Of a stretch of 64,000 bases of DNA, positions 25,256 through 34,476 are shown in pieces. The notes under the pieces were generated by a model, which was given only the letters and a program-made list of their open reading frames with translations, was not told where the DNA came from and made no database searches. Origin of the DNA: Candidatus Zambryskiibacteriota bacterium (GTDB lineage Bacteria; Patescibacteriota; Minisyncoccia; Phycocordibacterales; WO2-35-19); contig JAZDOB010000012.1 of the NCBI GenBank assembly GCA_043799105.1, positions 1,620 to 65,619 on the forward strand, given 5' to 3'. The stretch's first letter is position 1. Every line of letters starts with the position of its first letter. The position numbers and the translations under genes are program-made.

Positions 25256-25996
25256 TTATTTTAGAGTCCACCCACCGTCAACAACAATTACCTGACCGGT
25301 AATATAGTCTGATTGAGAAGAAGCAAGAAACACCACTGCGCTTGCTATGTCTTCTGGAAGACCGGCTCTTCCCCACGGGATTATTGTTGTCATCTGTTTT
25401 ATTGCTTCATCATTCATTCCTGCGCTTACTCCCGGTGTGTTTATAAGTCCTGGGGCTATGGCATTAACATTTATTTTTTTAGGCGCAAGCTCTAGAGCCA
25501 AAGCCCTGGTAAGCCCGTTTATTCCGCCTTTGGAAGCACAATAATGAGTCAAATTTTCAAAACCAATTAAGGAAGCTATGGAAGAGATAGTTACAATTTT
25601 GCTACCCTCCTTCATAATTTTAGCCGCTGCCTGTGAACAAAAGAAGACGCTTTTTAGATTAATATCAAGCACCTTGTCCCAATCAGATTCGGTGAGCTCC
25701 AAAAACGGTTTGAAGGGAAATATCCCTGCATTATTTACTAAAATATCCAATGCTCCGAACTTTTCTGTCGCCGTTTTGATAAGCGCGTCCACATCTTCTT
25801 TTTTTGAGACATCGCATTCTACTCCCACACATTTTGATTTTGTGAGTTCCTCTATTTCCCTGGCGGAATTTTCGTTTGCTGTCTTGTCCAGGTCGGCCAT
25901 GACCACATTGGCGCCCTCTTTGGCAAACGCTAACGCTATGCCGTACCCGATGCCTTTGGCTGCGCCCGTGACCACGGCTGTTTTATTTTTAAACAT
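25256..25996 (-). CDS. short-chain dehydrogenase/reductase (FabG-like)
   Basis: TGAAKGIGYG, NNAG and YCASKGG (YxxxK), plus PG..T. Confidence 0.85.
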   Translation of the reverse strand: MFKNKTAVVTGAAKGIGYGIALAFAKEGANVVMADLDKTANENSAREIEELTKSKCVGVECDVSKKEDVDALIKTATEKFGALDILVNNAGIFPFKPFLELTESDWDKVLDINLKSVFFCSQAAAKIMKEGSKIVTISSIASLIGFENLTHYCASKGGINGLTRALALELAPKKINVNAIAPGLINTPGVSAGMNDEAIKQMTTIIPWGRAGLPEDIASAVVFLASSQSDYITGQVIVVDGGWTLK

Positions 25997-26036
25997 AGTA
26001 CAAAAATAACTTATAATGCTATAATTATACTACTTT

Positions 26037-27482
26037 ATGAAAGATATATTCACTATAGGTGTGGGAGGGGCGGCGGGAGAGGGAGTCAAAAAGACCGGTA
26101 TTGATATTGGCAACTTTTTGAGTAGCTTGGGATTTCAGATTTATTTGTCTGTGGATTACCCATCGCTTATTCGTGGCGGGCACAATTTCGTCCGTTTAAC
26201 TGTCGGGGGTGAAAAAGTTTGGAATGATTATTCTAAACTTGATATTTTGGTTGCTTTAAACGAAGAAACCAAAGAGCTCCACAAAAACGAAATGAAAGAG
26301 AACGCTGTTGTACTTTCGGGGTTATCTACGGCTGAGGCCATAGAAAAGATAAAATCTGTTTTAAAAGAGAGAAATTTCGTGCCAGCCGACTCCGCCGAAG
26401 GCTCTGTCGTGCCAAAGAAGGAACTAATTGACGGAAATACGGCTTTTGCGAGAGGTCTGCAGGCGGCTGGGTTGGATTTTTATATTTCTTATCCAATGAC
26501 ACCGGCCACTTCCATTTTGCATTATTTGGCAAGCAAGCAAACCAAAGAAGGTTTGAAAGTCATACAGCCCGAAAACGAGATTGGTACTATCAATATGGCT
26601 CTTGGGGCGGTTTATGCCGGCAAGAGGGCGGCTGTCGGGACGGCGACCGGAGGGTTCGCTTTGATGCAAGAGGCGTTTAGTTTTGCCGGAATGGCCGAGC
26701 TCCCGCTCGTGGTGGCAGTAGCGCAGAGGCAGGCGCCGGCGACCGGGGTGCCGACACGCTCTTCCCAATCTGATTTGCGTTTTGCTATTCATGCTGGCCA
26801 TGGCGAATTTCCCCGGATTGTTTTGGCGCCCGGAGACCCGGAGGAAAGTTTCAAAACCGGAGCAGAGGCTCTCAATCTTGCCTGGAAGTTTAGAATACCA
26901 GTCATCGTCCTCATGGATAAAATTTTGTCTGAACATATGATGACGAGTAGCCTTGACGAAAGTTCTATTTCTGTGGAATTAAATAAAAGCATGATTTTCC
27001 CAAGTACACCGGACAAAGTGATAAAAGTGACGAGTTATGAGCACAGCGAGGATGGTATTACTACCGACAATGCAGAAGAAGTTAAAGAAGCATTTGACAA
27101 GAGATTTGCCAAAAATGATGAAATAGGAATGGAAATGCGAAGTAGAGAAACAGTTAAAATATTTGGCGACTCAACAAACGAAAACGCAGTTGTGTTTTTT
27201 GGTTCAACCAAAGGTCCAGTGTTGGAAGCGTCAAAATATTTTGATAAGCCGGCCAAACTCGTTCAGATAATTTGGCTTGAACCGTTTGATACTGAAAAAG
27301 TGAAAAAAGAATTAGAAAGTGCAAAAAACATAGTTTGCGTTGAAGGAAATCATGATGGCCAACTGGCATCATTGATAAGAGAAAGGACGGGAATTGAAAT
27401 TAAGGACAGAATTTTGAGATATGATTCATTGCCGTTTGATCCGACGGAATTAGCCAAACAAATAAACACATTATGGAAATAA
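26037..27482 (+). CDS. 2-oxoacid:ferredoxin oxidoreductase, fused gamma-alpha subunit
   Basis: The N-terminal gamma-like part is GVGGAAGEGVKKTG..YPSLIRGGHNFVRLTV..DILVALN. The alpha part follows: IDGNTAFARG..YPMTPATS. Confidence 0.85.
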   Translation: MKDIFTIGVGGAAGEGVKKTGIDIGNFLSSLGFQIYLSVDYPSLIRGGHNFVRLTVGGEKVWNDYSKLDILVALNEETKELHKNEMKENAVVLSGLSTAEAIEKIKSVLKERNFVPADSAEGSVVPKKELIDGNTAFARGLQAAGLDFYISYPMTPATSILHYLASKQTKEGLKVIQPENEIGTINMALGAVYAGKRAAVGTATGGFALMQEAFSFAGMAELPLVVAVAQRQAPATGVPTRSSQSDLRFAIHAGHGEFPRIVLAPGDPEESFKTGAEALNLAWKFRIPVIVLMDKILSEHMMTSSLDESSISVELNKSMIFPSTPDKVIKVTSYEHSEDGITTDNAEEVKEAFDKRFAKNDEIGMEMRSRETVKIFGDSTNENAVVFFGSTKGPVLEASKYFDKPAKLVQIIWLEPFDTEKVKKELESAKNIVCVEGNHDGQLASLIRERTGIEIKDRILRYDSLPFDPTELAKQINTLWK

Positions 27483-28279
27483 AAGATTTAGCTACAAAAG
27501 CAAAGATAACGTGGTGTCCGGGTTGTCCAAATTCGCAGATTTTGGTTTCTTTCAGAAAAACAATTACAGAGTTGGTAAACGAAGAAAAATTAAAACCTGA
27601 AAATCTGGTGGCTTTTGCCGGTATTGGCTGTCACGGCAAGATATCAGATTATCTGAATATAAACTCGTTTACTTCCCTTCACGGACGGCTCATTCCCGCT
27701 ATGACTGGCGCCAAATGCGCCAATCCGGCTTTGACTATTGTTGGTTTTTCGGGGGATGGGGATTCTCTGGATGAGGGTATCGAGCATTTAATTCACGCTG
27801 CCAAAAGAAATTCCGATATAAATCTTTTTATTCACGATAACCGTGTCTTTGCTTTAACCACAGGCCAGTTTAATGCCCTGAGCCCCAAGGGTTTTAAAAG
27901 CAAATCGGCTCCATTTGGGAGCGTTGAAGAACCGTTCAATCCTCTCCTTCTTATGCTTTCCGCTGGCGCCACTTTCGTGGCAAGAACATATGCCGGAGAT
28001 TTCGAAGGTACAAAAAAAATAATGCAGGCCGCTATAGCCCACAAGGGATTTTCGTTTGTAGATATTATCCAGCCGTGCATAACGTTTTTTGACACCAGAG
28101 ATTATTTTAAGGAGAGAATTTATTGGATAGATGAAAACTTTCCAAAGAATGATTTGAAAATGGCCATGGAAAAGGTCTCTGAAAAAACAAACGACCTGCC
28201 TGCGCAGACAGGAAAAGTTCCTCTTGGCATATTTTATCAAGTGGAAAAACCGACTTTTGAAGAAGAGTTATACAAATAA
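27473..28279 (+). CDS. 2-oxoacid:ferredoxin oxidoreductase beta subunit (TPP-binding)
   Basis: WCPGCPN, GIGCHGK and GDGDSLDEG..HDNRVFALTTGQ. Confidence 0.9.
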   Translation: MEIKDLATKAKITWCPGCPNSQILVSFRKTITELVNEEKLKPENLVAFAGIGCHGKISDYLNINSFTSLHGRLIPAMTGAKCANPALTIVGFSGDGDSLDEGIEHLIHAAKRNSDINLFIHDNRVFALTTGQFNALSPKGFKSKSAPFGSVEEPFNPLLLMLSAGATFVARTYAGDFEGTKKIMQAAIAHKGFSFVDIIQPCITFFDTRDYFKERIYWIDENFPKNDLKMAMEKVSEKTNDLPAQTGKVPLGIFYQVEKPTFEEELYK

Positions 28280-28281
28280 TT

Positions 28282-30321
28282 ATGGATTTAGAAAAATTTT
28301 TTAATCCAGAATCTATTGCGATAATAGGAGCGTCAAACGACAAAAATAAAATCGGCTATGCGCTGATGAAAAATCTGCTTGATGGGAAAAAAAGAAAAAT
28401 TTATCCCGTCACGCTTTCTGAGAAAGAAATATTAGAGATTCCCGCCTTTAAATCGATTTTGGATATTCCCGAGACGGTTGATCTGGCTCTCATTGCTGTC
28501 CGTGCCGATATTGTGTCGCAAGTTTTGACCGATTGCGGTAAAAAACAGATACCAAATGCCATCATCATTTCTTCCGGTTTTAAAGAAATCGGTTCTGCAG
28601 GGAAAGAGCTTGAAGAAAAAGTTGCCGATATTGCGCGAGAGCAAAACATTACACTTTTGGGCCCGAATTGTTTCGGTGTTATTGATACCAAAAACGATTT
28701 CAATGCTTCTTTTTCGGCTCAAAAGTCGCTTCCTTCCGGTAAAATTTCTTTTCTGTCCCAATCGGGGGCTTTGGGTTCTGCGCTTATAGATTGGGCTAAC
28801 GGCCAAGGGGTTGGTATTTCCAAATTTATAAGTTTGGGCAATGAAAGTTGTCTTACGGAGATTGAGTTTCTCGAATATTTGGAAAACGATCCGGACACAT
28901 CTGCGATTTTAATGTATCTTGAAAATGTAAAAAACGGACCAAAGTTTTTGGAGACCGTTGGTAGGATTACACCCAAAAAACCGATTGTCATCATAAAAGC
29001 GGGCATGGGTAGCCACGGAAATTTGGCCATTATGTCGCATACCGGCGCGCTTGCTCCGGAAGCCTCTGTGTTTATTGCAGCATGTAAACAAGCGGGAGCC
29101 GCAACAGTCTCATCCCTGCGGGCGTTTTTCCATCTGGTTAAAGTTTTGCCACAGGTGTTGGATGTGAGCACGCCGGTTCAGCGACTTATCATATTAACAA
29201 ATGGCGGCGGTCCCTCTGTCGTTGCGGCTGATCTTGTAGACCGCTCTCGCTCCCTCTCTTTGTCGGTCTTGAGCGAGGATATGAAAGAATCTTTGCGAAA
29301 AGTTTTGCCTCCTATGGCAGCGATTGGAAATCCGGTTGATATCATCGGTGATGCTTTGGCTGAGCGGTATGATAAGGCTTTGGAAATTTTATCCAGCGAT
29401 GAAAATACCGATGGAATTATAGTTATACTAACTCCGCAAATGATGACACAAGCCGAGGAGACGGCAAAAGTTTTGGCTAAATACAAAAATAAGAAAAAAA
29501 TATTTCCGATTTTCACCGGCGGTTCTTCAGTACAAGCCGGACGCGATGAACTTATTAAATCAGGAATGGCTTACTTCACCTTCCCGAGAGATGTCGTAGA
29601 GAGCTTGGATTATCTGGCAAAAGACATCCCCAAAATAAAATCACCATACGGGCATCACGGAGATTCAACAGAATCAGTATCAGAAAACGGGAAAATGATG
29701 GAGTTTTCAGGTGCGCTAAATTTGCTTTCCAAATATAATATTTCTGTCAGCGGGAAATTTGTAAAAGATAAAGATGAGTTGTACAACGTAGTTAATGAAT
29801 ATGATGGAAATGTTTTTGCCATGAAAATTATTTCTCCCGATATTGTTCATAAAACTGATAGTGGCGCGGTGGCTTTAAATATAAAAAATATAGAAGAGGC
29901 AAAGGAGGCGTGGGACAAAATGCGTGAAAAAAACAAAAAAGTAAATATCGAAGGTGTATTAGTCCAAAAAATGGAAAAGGGGAGAGAAATAATAATCGGC
30001 ATGAAGCGCAATATCACATTTGGCCCGACAATTTTGTTTGGACTGGGAGGCATTTTGGCCGAAGCAATCAAAGACACGGCGCTTCGCATCGCTCCATTCT
30101 CAAAAGAGGAAGCATTAAAAATGATGCAGGAAATAAAAGGTATTAAAATTTTGCAAGGTATGCGCGGCGAACCGTCAGTAAACTTTGATGCTCTCGCTGA
30201 CATTATTGTTAACCTTTCCCACCTCGCTCTCGAACATACAGAAATAAAAGAAATAGACCTCAACCCCGTTATCTGTTCTGAGAATTCCGCTACAATCGTA
30301 GATGCTAGAATAATGATTTAA
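28282..30321 (+). CDS. acetate--CoA ligase (ADP-forming), fused alpha-beta
   Basis: FFNPESIAIIGAS (CoA-binding), GPNCFGV and SQSGALG (phosphohistidine-loop region MSHTGAL), plus a C-terminal ATP-grasp domain. Confidence 0.85.
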   Translation: MDLEKFFNPESIAIIGASNDKNKIGYALMKNLLDGKKRKIYPVTLSEKEILEIPAFKSILDIPETVDLALIAVRADIVSQVLTDCGKKQIPNAIIISSGFKEIGSAGKELEEKVADIAREQNITLLGPNCFGVIDTKNDFNASFSAQKSLPSGKISFLSQSGALGSALIDWANGQGVGISKFISLGNESCLTEIEFLEYLENDPDTSAILMYLENVKNGPKFLETVGRITPKKPIVIIKAGMGSHGNLAIMSHTGALAPEASVFIAACKQAGAATVSSLRAFFHLVKVLPQVLDVSTPVQRLIILTNGGGPSVVAADLVDRSRSLSLSVLSEDMKESLRKVLPPMAAIGNPVDIIGDALAERYDKALEILSSDENTDGIIVILTPQMMTQAEETAKVLAKYKNKKKIFPIFTGGSSVQAGRDELIKSGMAYFTFPRDVVESLDYLAKDIPKIKSPYGHHGDSTESVSENGKMMEFSGALNLLSKYNISVSGKFVKDKDELYNVVNEYDGNVFAMKIISPDIVHKTDSGAVALNIKNIEEAKEAWDKMREKNKKVNIEGVLVQKMEKGREIIIGMKRNITFGPTILFGLGGILAEAIKDTALRIAPFSKEEALKMMQEIKGIKILQGMRGEPSVNFDALADIIVNLSHLALEHTEIKEIDLNPVICSENSATIVDARIMI

Positions 30322-31537
30322 GCTCGAAGTTTGGATCAGAAAGTTCTGATTCATGGCCCACGACTTTGAAATCAAGCTCAATGAGTTTGTTTATTGGTTG
30401 CAAATCTTGAGTACGGTTTATGAAAGTAGCGCCGATGATTTCGTTGTCCTTATCTACTATAATGCGAGCGAAAGAGCCAGATTCCGGCGAGCCCCTCCTT
30501 ATTACATTACAAGTTGGCTTACTACAAGCGTCTCCCGACACGGCGATATTCAATCCAAAACCAATTGATGAATAAAAAGAGACCATTTTAAACGGCTCGT
30601 GATTTCCCATCATATTTTTTGCTACAGTACGGCCTTGGGTTTGGGCATTAACCCAATTTCCAAGCTGAACTCTTTCGCCCAAAACCAAGTCATTAAACTC
30701 GGCCACATCTCCTGCCGCATAAATATCTGGAATGTTTGTTTCCAGATATTCATTTGCCAAAATTCCTCTGCCCGTTTCCACCCCAGCTTCTTTAATCCAA
30801 TCTAGATGACACTCAAGGCCGATGCCTATGAGCGCAAGCTGGCAGGGAATTTGTGTGCCGTCTTTCAAAATCACACCCTCAATATTTTCATTGCCAATAA
30901 TTTCTGAAACTTCACTTTCTCTTAAAATTTTTACCCCACCTTTTTCCATCGCCACCCCAATCATTTTTCCGGATTCTTCATCTAAAAGAGGATACCAGTA
31001 ATACGGCTCGCGCATGACGAGTGTCACTTCCAGCCCGGCCAGGCGCATCATTTCGCACATTTCAAAGCTTACAAATCCGGAGCCAATGGCTATTGCATGC
31101 TTGGCGCTTTTTACATTTTTTATCAATTCCTCTGCTTCTCTCAAATCTCGCAGGTAGCAGATGCCTTTTTTATCTGCTCCTGGAATGTTCCAACGCCCCG
31201 CTTCTCCCCCTGTGGCGAGCAAAAGTTTCTCATATTTTAAAATTTTTCCATCAGAAAGTTCTATTGTTTTATCTGCGCTGTTTAGTTTTTTAGCAAGAAC
31301 ATTTCCTATAAAATCTATTTTATTTTCTGTGTACCATTTCTCTTCACGGAGCCAGACACTATCAAAAGGTATTTTGCCCAAGAAAAAATTTGGCTTGGAG
31401 AGCATTATGCGGGAATACATTCGCGGCTCGTCGGAAACGATAGCGATACTCCCGTCTCTATCTTTTTGGCGTAAAGTCTCCGCGGCTGTTGTGCCAGCTA
31501 CCCCTCCGCCGATTATTAAGTATTTGTAACTGTCCAT
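30305..31537 (-). CDS. FAD/NAD(P)-dependent pyridine nucleotide-disulfide family oxidoreductase (ferredoxin/rubredoxin reductase-like)
   Basis: YLIIGGGVAGTTAAE, a second dinucleotide fold AIAIGSGFVSFE, and AAGDVAEF. Its ATG overlaps the ferredoxin stop. Confidence 0.75.
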   Translation of the reverse strand: MDSYKYLIIGGGVAGTTAAETLRQKDRDGSIAIVSDEPRMYSRIMLSKPNFFLGKIPFDSVWLREEKWYTENKIDFIGNVLAKKLNSADKTIELSDGKILKYEKLLLATGGEAGRWNIPGADKKGICYLRDLREAEELIKNVKSAKHAIAIGSGFVSFEMCEMMRLAGLEVTLVMREPYYWYPLLDEESGKMIGVAMEKGGVKILRESEVSEIIGNENIEGVILKDGTQIPCQLALIGIGLECHLDWIKEAGVETGRGILANEYLETNIPDIYAAGDVAEFNDLVLGERVQLGNWVNAQTQGRTVAKNMMGNHEPFKMVSFYSSIGFGLNIAVSGDACSKPTCNVIRRGSPESGSFARIIVDKDNEIIGATFINRTQDLQPINKLIELDFKVVGHESELSDPNFELKSLF

Positions 31538-31806
31538 TATTTTGGAAACACCTGCTTGCCTTCTTTATCAAACAAAAATATGGCTTTGGTTGGGCAAGAT
31601 TCGGCCGACATCATCAAAGTAGCATCATCCGCCGCGTTTGCGCCTGCGCTGGCGTTTGTAATAACCGCTTTATTTTCATTATCAAGCTCCCAAGTCTCTC
31701 CCGAAACGGCTATGCACGAAGCGGCGCCGATACATAAATCTCTATCAACAACTATCTTACTAATATTTGAACCTTCTTTATTGCGGGCATATTCTTTTGT
31801 TGCCAT
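31537..31806 (-). CDS. small ferredoxin, three-Cys type (probable [3Fe-4S]/[4Fe-4S])
   Basis: VDRDLCIGAASCIAV...ESCPTKAI gives CxxAxxC...CP, with the middle Cys replaced by Ala. Confidence 0.65.
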   Translation of the reverse strand: MATKEYARNKEGSNISKIVVDRDLCIGAASCIAVSGETWELDNENKAVITNASAGANAADDATLMMSAESCPTKAIFLFDKEGKQVFPK

Positions 31807-31812
31807 AATTTT

Positions 31813-31857
31813 AACCTCACCCCTTGCCCCTCTCCTAAATGCAGGAGAGGGGTTTGG
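31813..31857. repeat. Family A element, single-hairpin copy, intergenic
   Basis: aacctcacccc ttg cccctctcc taaatgca ggagagggg tttgg. Confidence 0.75.
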
Positions 31858-31868
31858 AAATAATTTTA

Positions 31869-32102
31869 TTAATTAATAACGACTTCTTTAACTTCCGGGA
31901 CTTCTTCTTTTATCATTCCTCCGAGCATTCCGCTAAACGTCTCATCTGCCATACCGCACCCAACGCAAGCCCCGCTTACTTTAAGTTTAACAATTTTATC
32001 TTTTATTTCCACCAAAGAAACATCACCTCCGTGCATTTGAATATACGGCCTCATCTTCTCTATAATTTTTTGTACTTTTTTTTGCATGTGAGAATTATAC
32101 AC
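31869..32102 (-). CDS. NifU C-terminal (Nfu-type) Fe-S cluster carrier
   Basis: IRPYIQMHGGDVSLVEI..GACVGCGM (CxxC). Confidence 0.8.
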   Translation of the reverse strand: MYNSHMQKKVQKIIEKMRPYIQMHGGDVSLVEIKDKIVKLKVSGACVGCGMADETFSGMLGGMIKEEVPEVKEVVIN

Positions 32103-32108
32103 TATTTT

Positions 32109-32231
32109 TCTAACCTTCTCCCTTCCTCTCCCTTACCTTAAGGGAGAGGTGACTGCATTCTGGAGTTCAACTGTTTAATAAATGTGTTGCGTGGTTCCCT
32201 CCTTAAAGTAAGGAGGGTTAGGGAGGTTAGA
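32109..32231. repeat. Family A palindromic element (two hairpins), intergenic
   Basis: Outer arms tctaaccttctccc / gggaggttaga. Hairpins ctcccttaccttaagggag and ccctccttaaagtaaggaggg. Confidence 0.85.
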
Positions 32232-32257
32232 AATCCTTATTTTTAAGTGTGTGATTT

Positions 32258-32917
32258 TCATTTCCCAAAATATTTTTCTTTATAAAATCTAATCAACTCT
32301 TCTACTTTAGGCAAACACTGCGGATAACCGATGCCGACTTTGGTGCGTTTTTGGACGGCGGCGAGAGTGGTGGCGCCTTCCAAGACGGCTTCTTCAATAT
32401 CGGCTTCTGTTGTGTTTGTGTTGGGATCCAAAATTTGAGCGCCGTCTACAACTATACGGCTGAATTGTTTTGTTTTTTTGAACCAGTCATTGAGGGCGGC
32501 TCGCAAAGCTTTGTCTCCCAAAACCGAGCAGTGGATTTTGCGATCAGGAAGTCCACCCAATCTTTTTATAATATCCTGCGGTTTTATCTGCAAGGCTTTG
32601 TCTATTTTCATACCGCCTTTTTCGGTGACCATAACGGAAAGCATAGAAGTAGAGGCGATAGCCGAAGCGCAACCAAATGTGCGCCATTTGAGTTCTTTTA
32701 TCTTGTCATTTTTTTTGTCTATTTTGAGCCACACCCTCATAACATCTCCGCAAGCGGGGGAACCGACAACTCCTTCACCGTCATATTTTGCTTTCCTCGG
32801 ATCTTCCAAAAGCAAATTTTTTGGTTTGAAAAAATGCTCACGCACTTGTTTTGTGTAAGCCCAAGAATCGCCGGTGTATTTATTAACGATGTCTGGTTTT
32901 TTATTTTGTTTTTTCAT
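32258..32917 (-). CDS. nifU: NifU/IscU-type Fe-S scaffold with BFD-like [2Fe-2S] domain
   Basis: GSPACGDVMRVWL, FGCASAIASTS and KIHCSVLG are the three scaffold Cys. A C-terminal BFD-like segment is present. Confidence 0.85.
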   Translation of the reverse strand: MKKQNKKPDIVNKYTGDSWAYTKQVREHFFKPKNLLLEDPRKAKYDGEGVVGSPACGDVMRVWLKIDKKNDKIKELKWRTFGCASAIASTSMLSVMVTEKGGMKIDKALQIKPQDIIKRLGGLPDRKIHCSVLGDKALRAALNDWFKKTKQFSRIVVDGAQILDPNTNTTEADIEEAVLEGATTLAAVQKRTKVGIGYPQCLPKVEELIRFYKEKYFGK

Positions 32918-34314
32918 TTTTTTGCTTGTCTCGCCGTAGCTTTTAGCGAAGGCGGATTATTTTTTCTTAAAAAGTGTAGCGTTTGTCCACCGACGAAGGC
33001 TCGCGGATCTGAAATTTTCTTTCTCTGGTTTAGACTGACATCGAGAGGCGAAATGTTTCTTAATATTTGGACGACTTTTGGTAAATGTTTAAGAACATAT
33101 TTTATATCTTGAATCGTGTTTTCTCTGCCAAGAGTGAAGCGAATACTGCCGTGAATATGTTCGTATGGACGACCGAGAGCCGTGAGGATATATGATGGCT
33201 CTAAACTTTGTGAATTGCAGGCGGAGCCGGTGGAGACCATTATACCAAGTTCGTCGAGATAAAGAAGCATCGCTTCGCCTTCAACATCTAAAATTGATAC
33301 GTTCAAAAAGCCGGGCAGGCGTTTATCGGGATGGCCGTTCAAGACGATTTTGGGTATGGATTTGAAAATTCCTTTTTCAAGAGTGTCGCGCATTTTTTTA
33401 ATCCGTGCCGATTCTTTTTTGCTTTCTTTACGGATGAGTTCTAGAGCTTTGGCGAAACCGACGATGCCGGGGACGTTTTCGGTACCGCTTCGCAGGTTGC
33501 CCTGTTGACCACCGCCAAAAATAATGGGGGAGATTTTTGTCCCTCTTTTTACATAAAGAGCGCCAACACCTTTTGGTCCGTAAATTTTGTGGGACGAAAT
33601 GGTCATCATATCCACACCAAGCTTGTTCATATCAATATCCATATATCCGGCGACTTGGCTGGCATCAGTATGGAAGTAGGGGACCTCACCCCAACCCCTC
33701 TCCTTGGCAAGGAGAGGGGCAAGGGGAGAGGACTTCTTAAATTCCTTGATTATTTTTGAAATTTCAGAAATTGGCTGGATAGTGCCGGTTTCGCTGTCGG
33801 CGTAAGTTATGGAAACTAGAATTGTTTTTTCGTTCAATTCTTTTTTGAATTCGTCCAAATCGATTAATCCATTTTTGCGGACTGGTAATTTTACAATTTC
33901 AAAACCCCGCCCGACCGAGTCATTCGGGCAGGCTTCTTTTTCCAAAACATCACAAACGGCCAAGATGCCCTTGTGCTCTATTTGTGACACGATTATTTTG
34001 GAAGCCAAAGTCGGACTTTGAACTGCCCCGGTCCCAAAAGTCCGACTTTGGCTTCCCCGGGCAACACCAAAAATGGCTAAATTGTCAGCTTCTGTTGCTG
34101 AACCGGTATAAAATATTTCATCGGGCCGGCAATTTAGAATTCCAGCTATTGTCTGGGAGGATTTGTCTATAGCATCTTTGGCTCTTCTGCTTAAACTATA
34201 CAAATTTGACGGGTTACCAAACTCTTTTTTGAAATACGGCAACATAACGGAAAAAACTCTCGGGTCAAGAGCTGTTGTGCCAGCGTGGTCAAGATAAATT
34301 CGTCTTTTGGACAT
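32914..34314 (-). CDS. nifS: cysteine desulfurase (NifS/IscS) with three in-frame repeat insertions
   Basis: IYLDHAGTT, SQIEHKG, SSHKIYGPKG (PLP Lys) and SGSACNS (active Cys). Confidence 0.9.
   Translation of the reverse strand: MSKRRIYLDHAGTTALDPRVFSVMLPYFKKEFGNPSNLYSLSRRAKDAIDKSSQTIAGILNCRPDEIFYTGSATEADNLAIFGVARGSQSRTFGTGAVQSPTLASKIIVSQIEHKGILAVCDVLEKEACPNDSVGRGFEIVKLPVRKNGLIDLDEFKKELNEKTILVSITYADSETGTIQPISEISKIIKEFKKSSPLAPLLAKERGWGEVPYFHTDASQVAGYMDIDMNKLGVDMMTISSHKIYGPKGVGALYVKRGTKISPIIFGGGQQGNLRSGTENVPGIVGFAKALELIRKESKKESARIKKMRDTLEKGIFKSIPKIVLNGHPDKRLPGFLNVSILDVEGEAMLLYLDELGIMVSTGSACNSQSLEPSYILTALGRPYEHIHGSIRFTLGRENTIQDIKYVLKHLPKVVQILRNISPLDVSLNQRKKISDPRAFVGGQTLHFLRKNNPPSLKATARQAKK
33684..33731. 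repeat. Family A element, single hairpin, 48 nt in frame inside nifS
   Basis: cctcacccc aa cccctctcc ttggcaa ggagagggg caa ggggagagg. Encodes SSPLAPLLAKERGWGEV on the minus strand. Confidence 0.8.
34000..34056. repeat. 57-nt perfect palindrome (20-bp arms) in frame inside nifS
   Basis: ggaagccaaagtcggacttt-gaactgccccggtccca-aaagtccgactttggcttcc. At 19 codons it encodes GSQSRTFGTGAVQSPTLAS. Confidence 0.9.
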
Positions 34315-34476
34315 GCATAAACTTTAACACATCGGGCAGAAATTTCTCTAGACAAAAAGTCATAATTATGGTAGCACTATGACGAAATAGATTTTTGAGA
34401 AATACGGCCAAAAGCCGTCATATTCATTGTTTTTTCACGGTTTCTGTCAATTAAGATAAAAGGGGGAAAGAAAAAA

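Noticed and set aside
32351-33112. A 253-aa plus-strand ORF and the ORF 32478..32858.
   Set aside because: They are antisense to nifU and nifS, which have unambiguous catalytic motifs on the minus strand.
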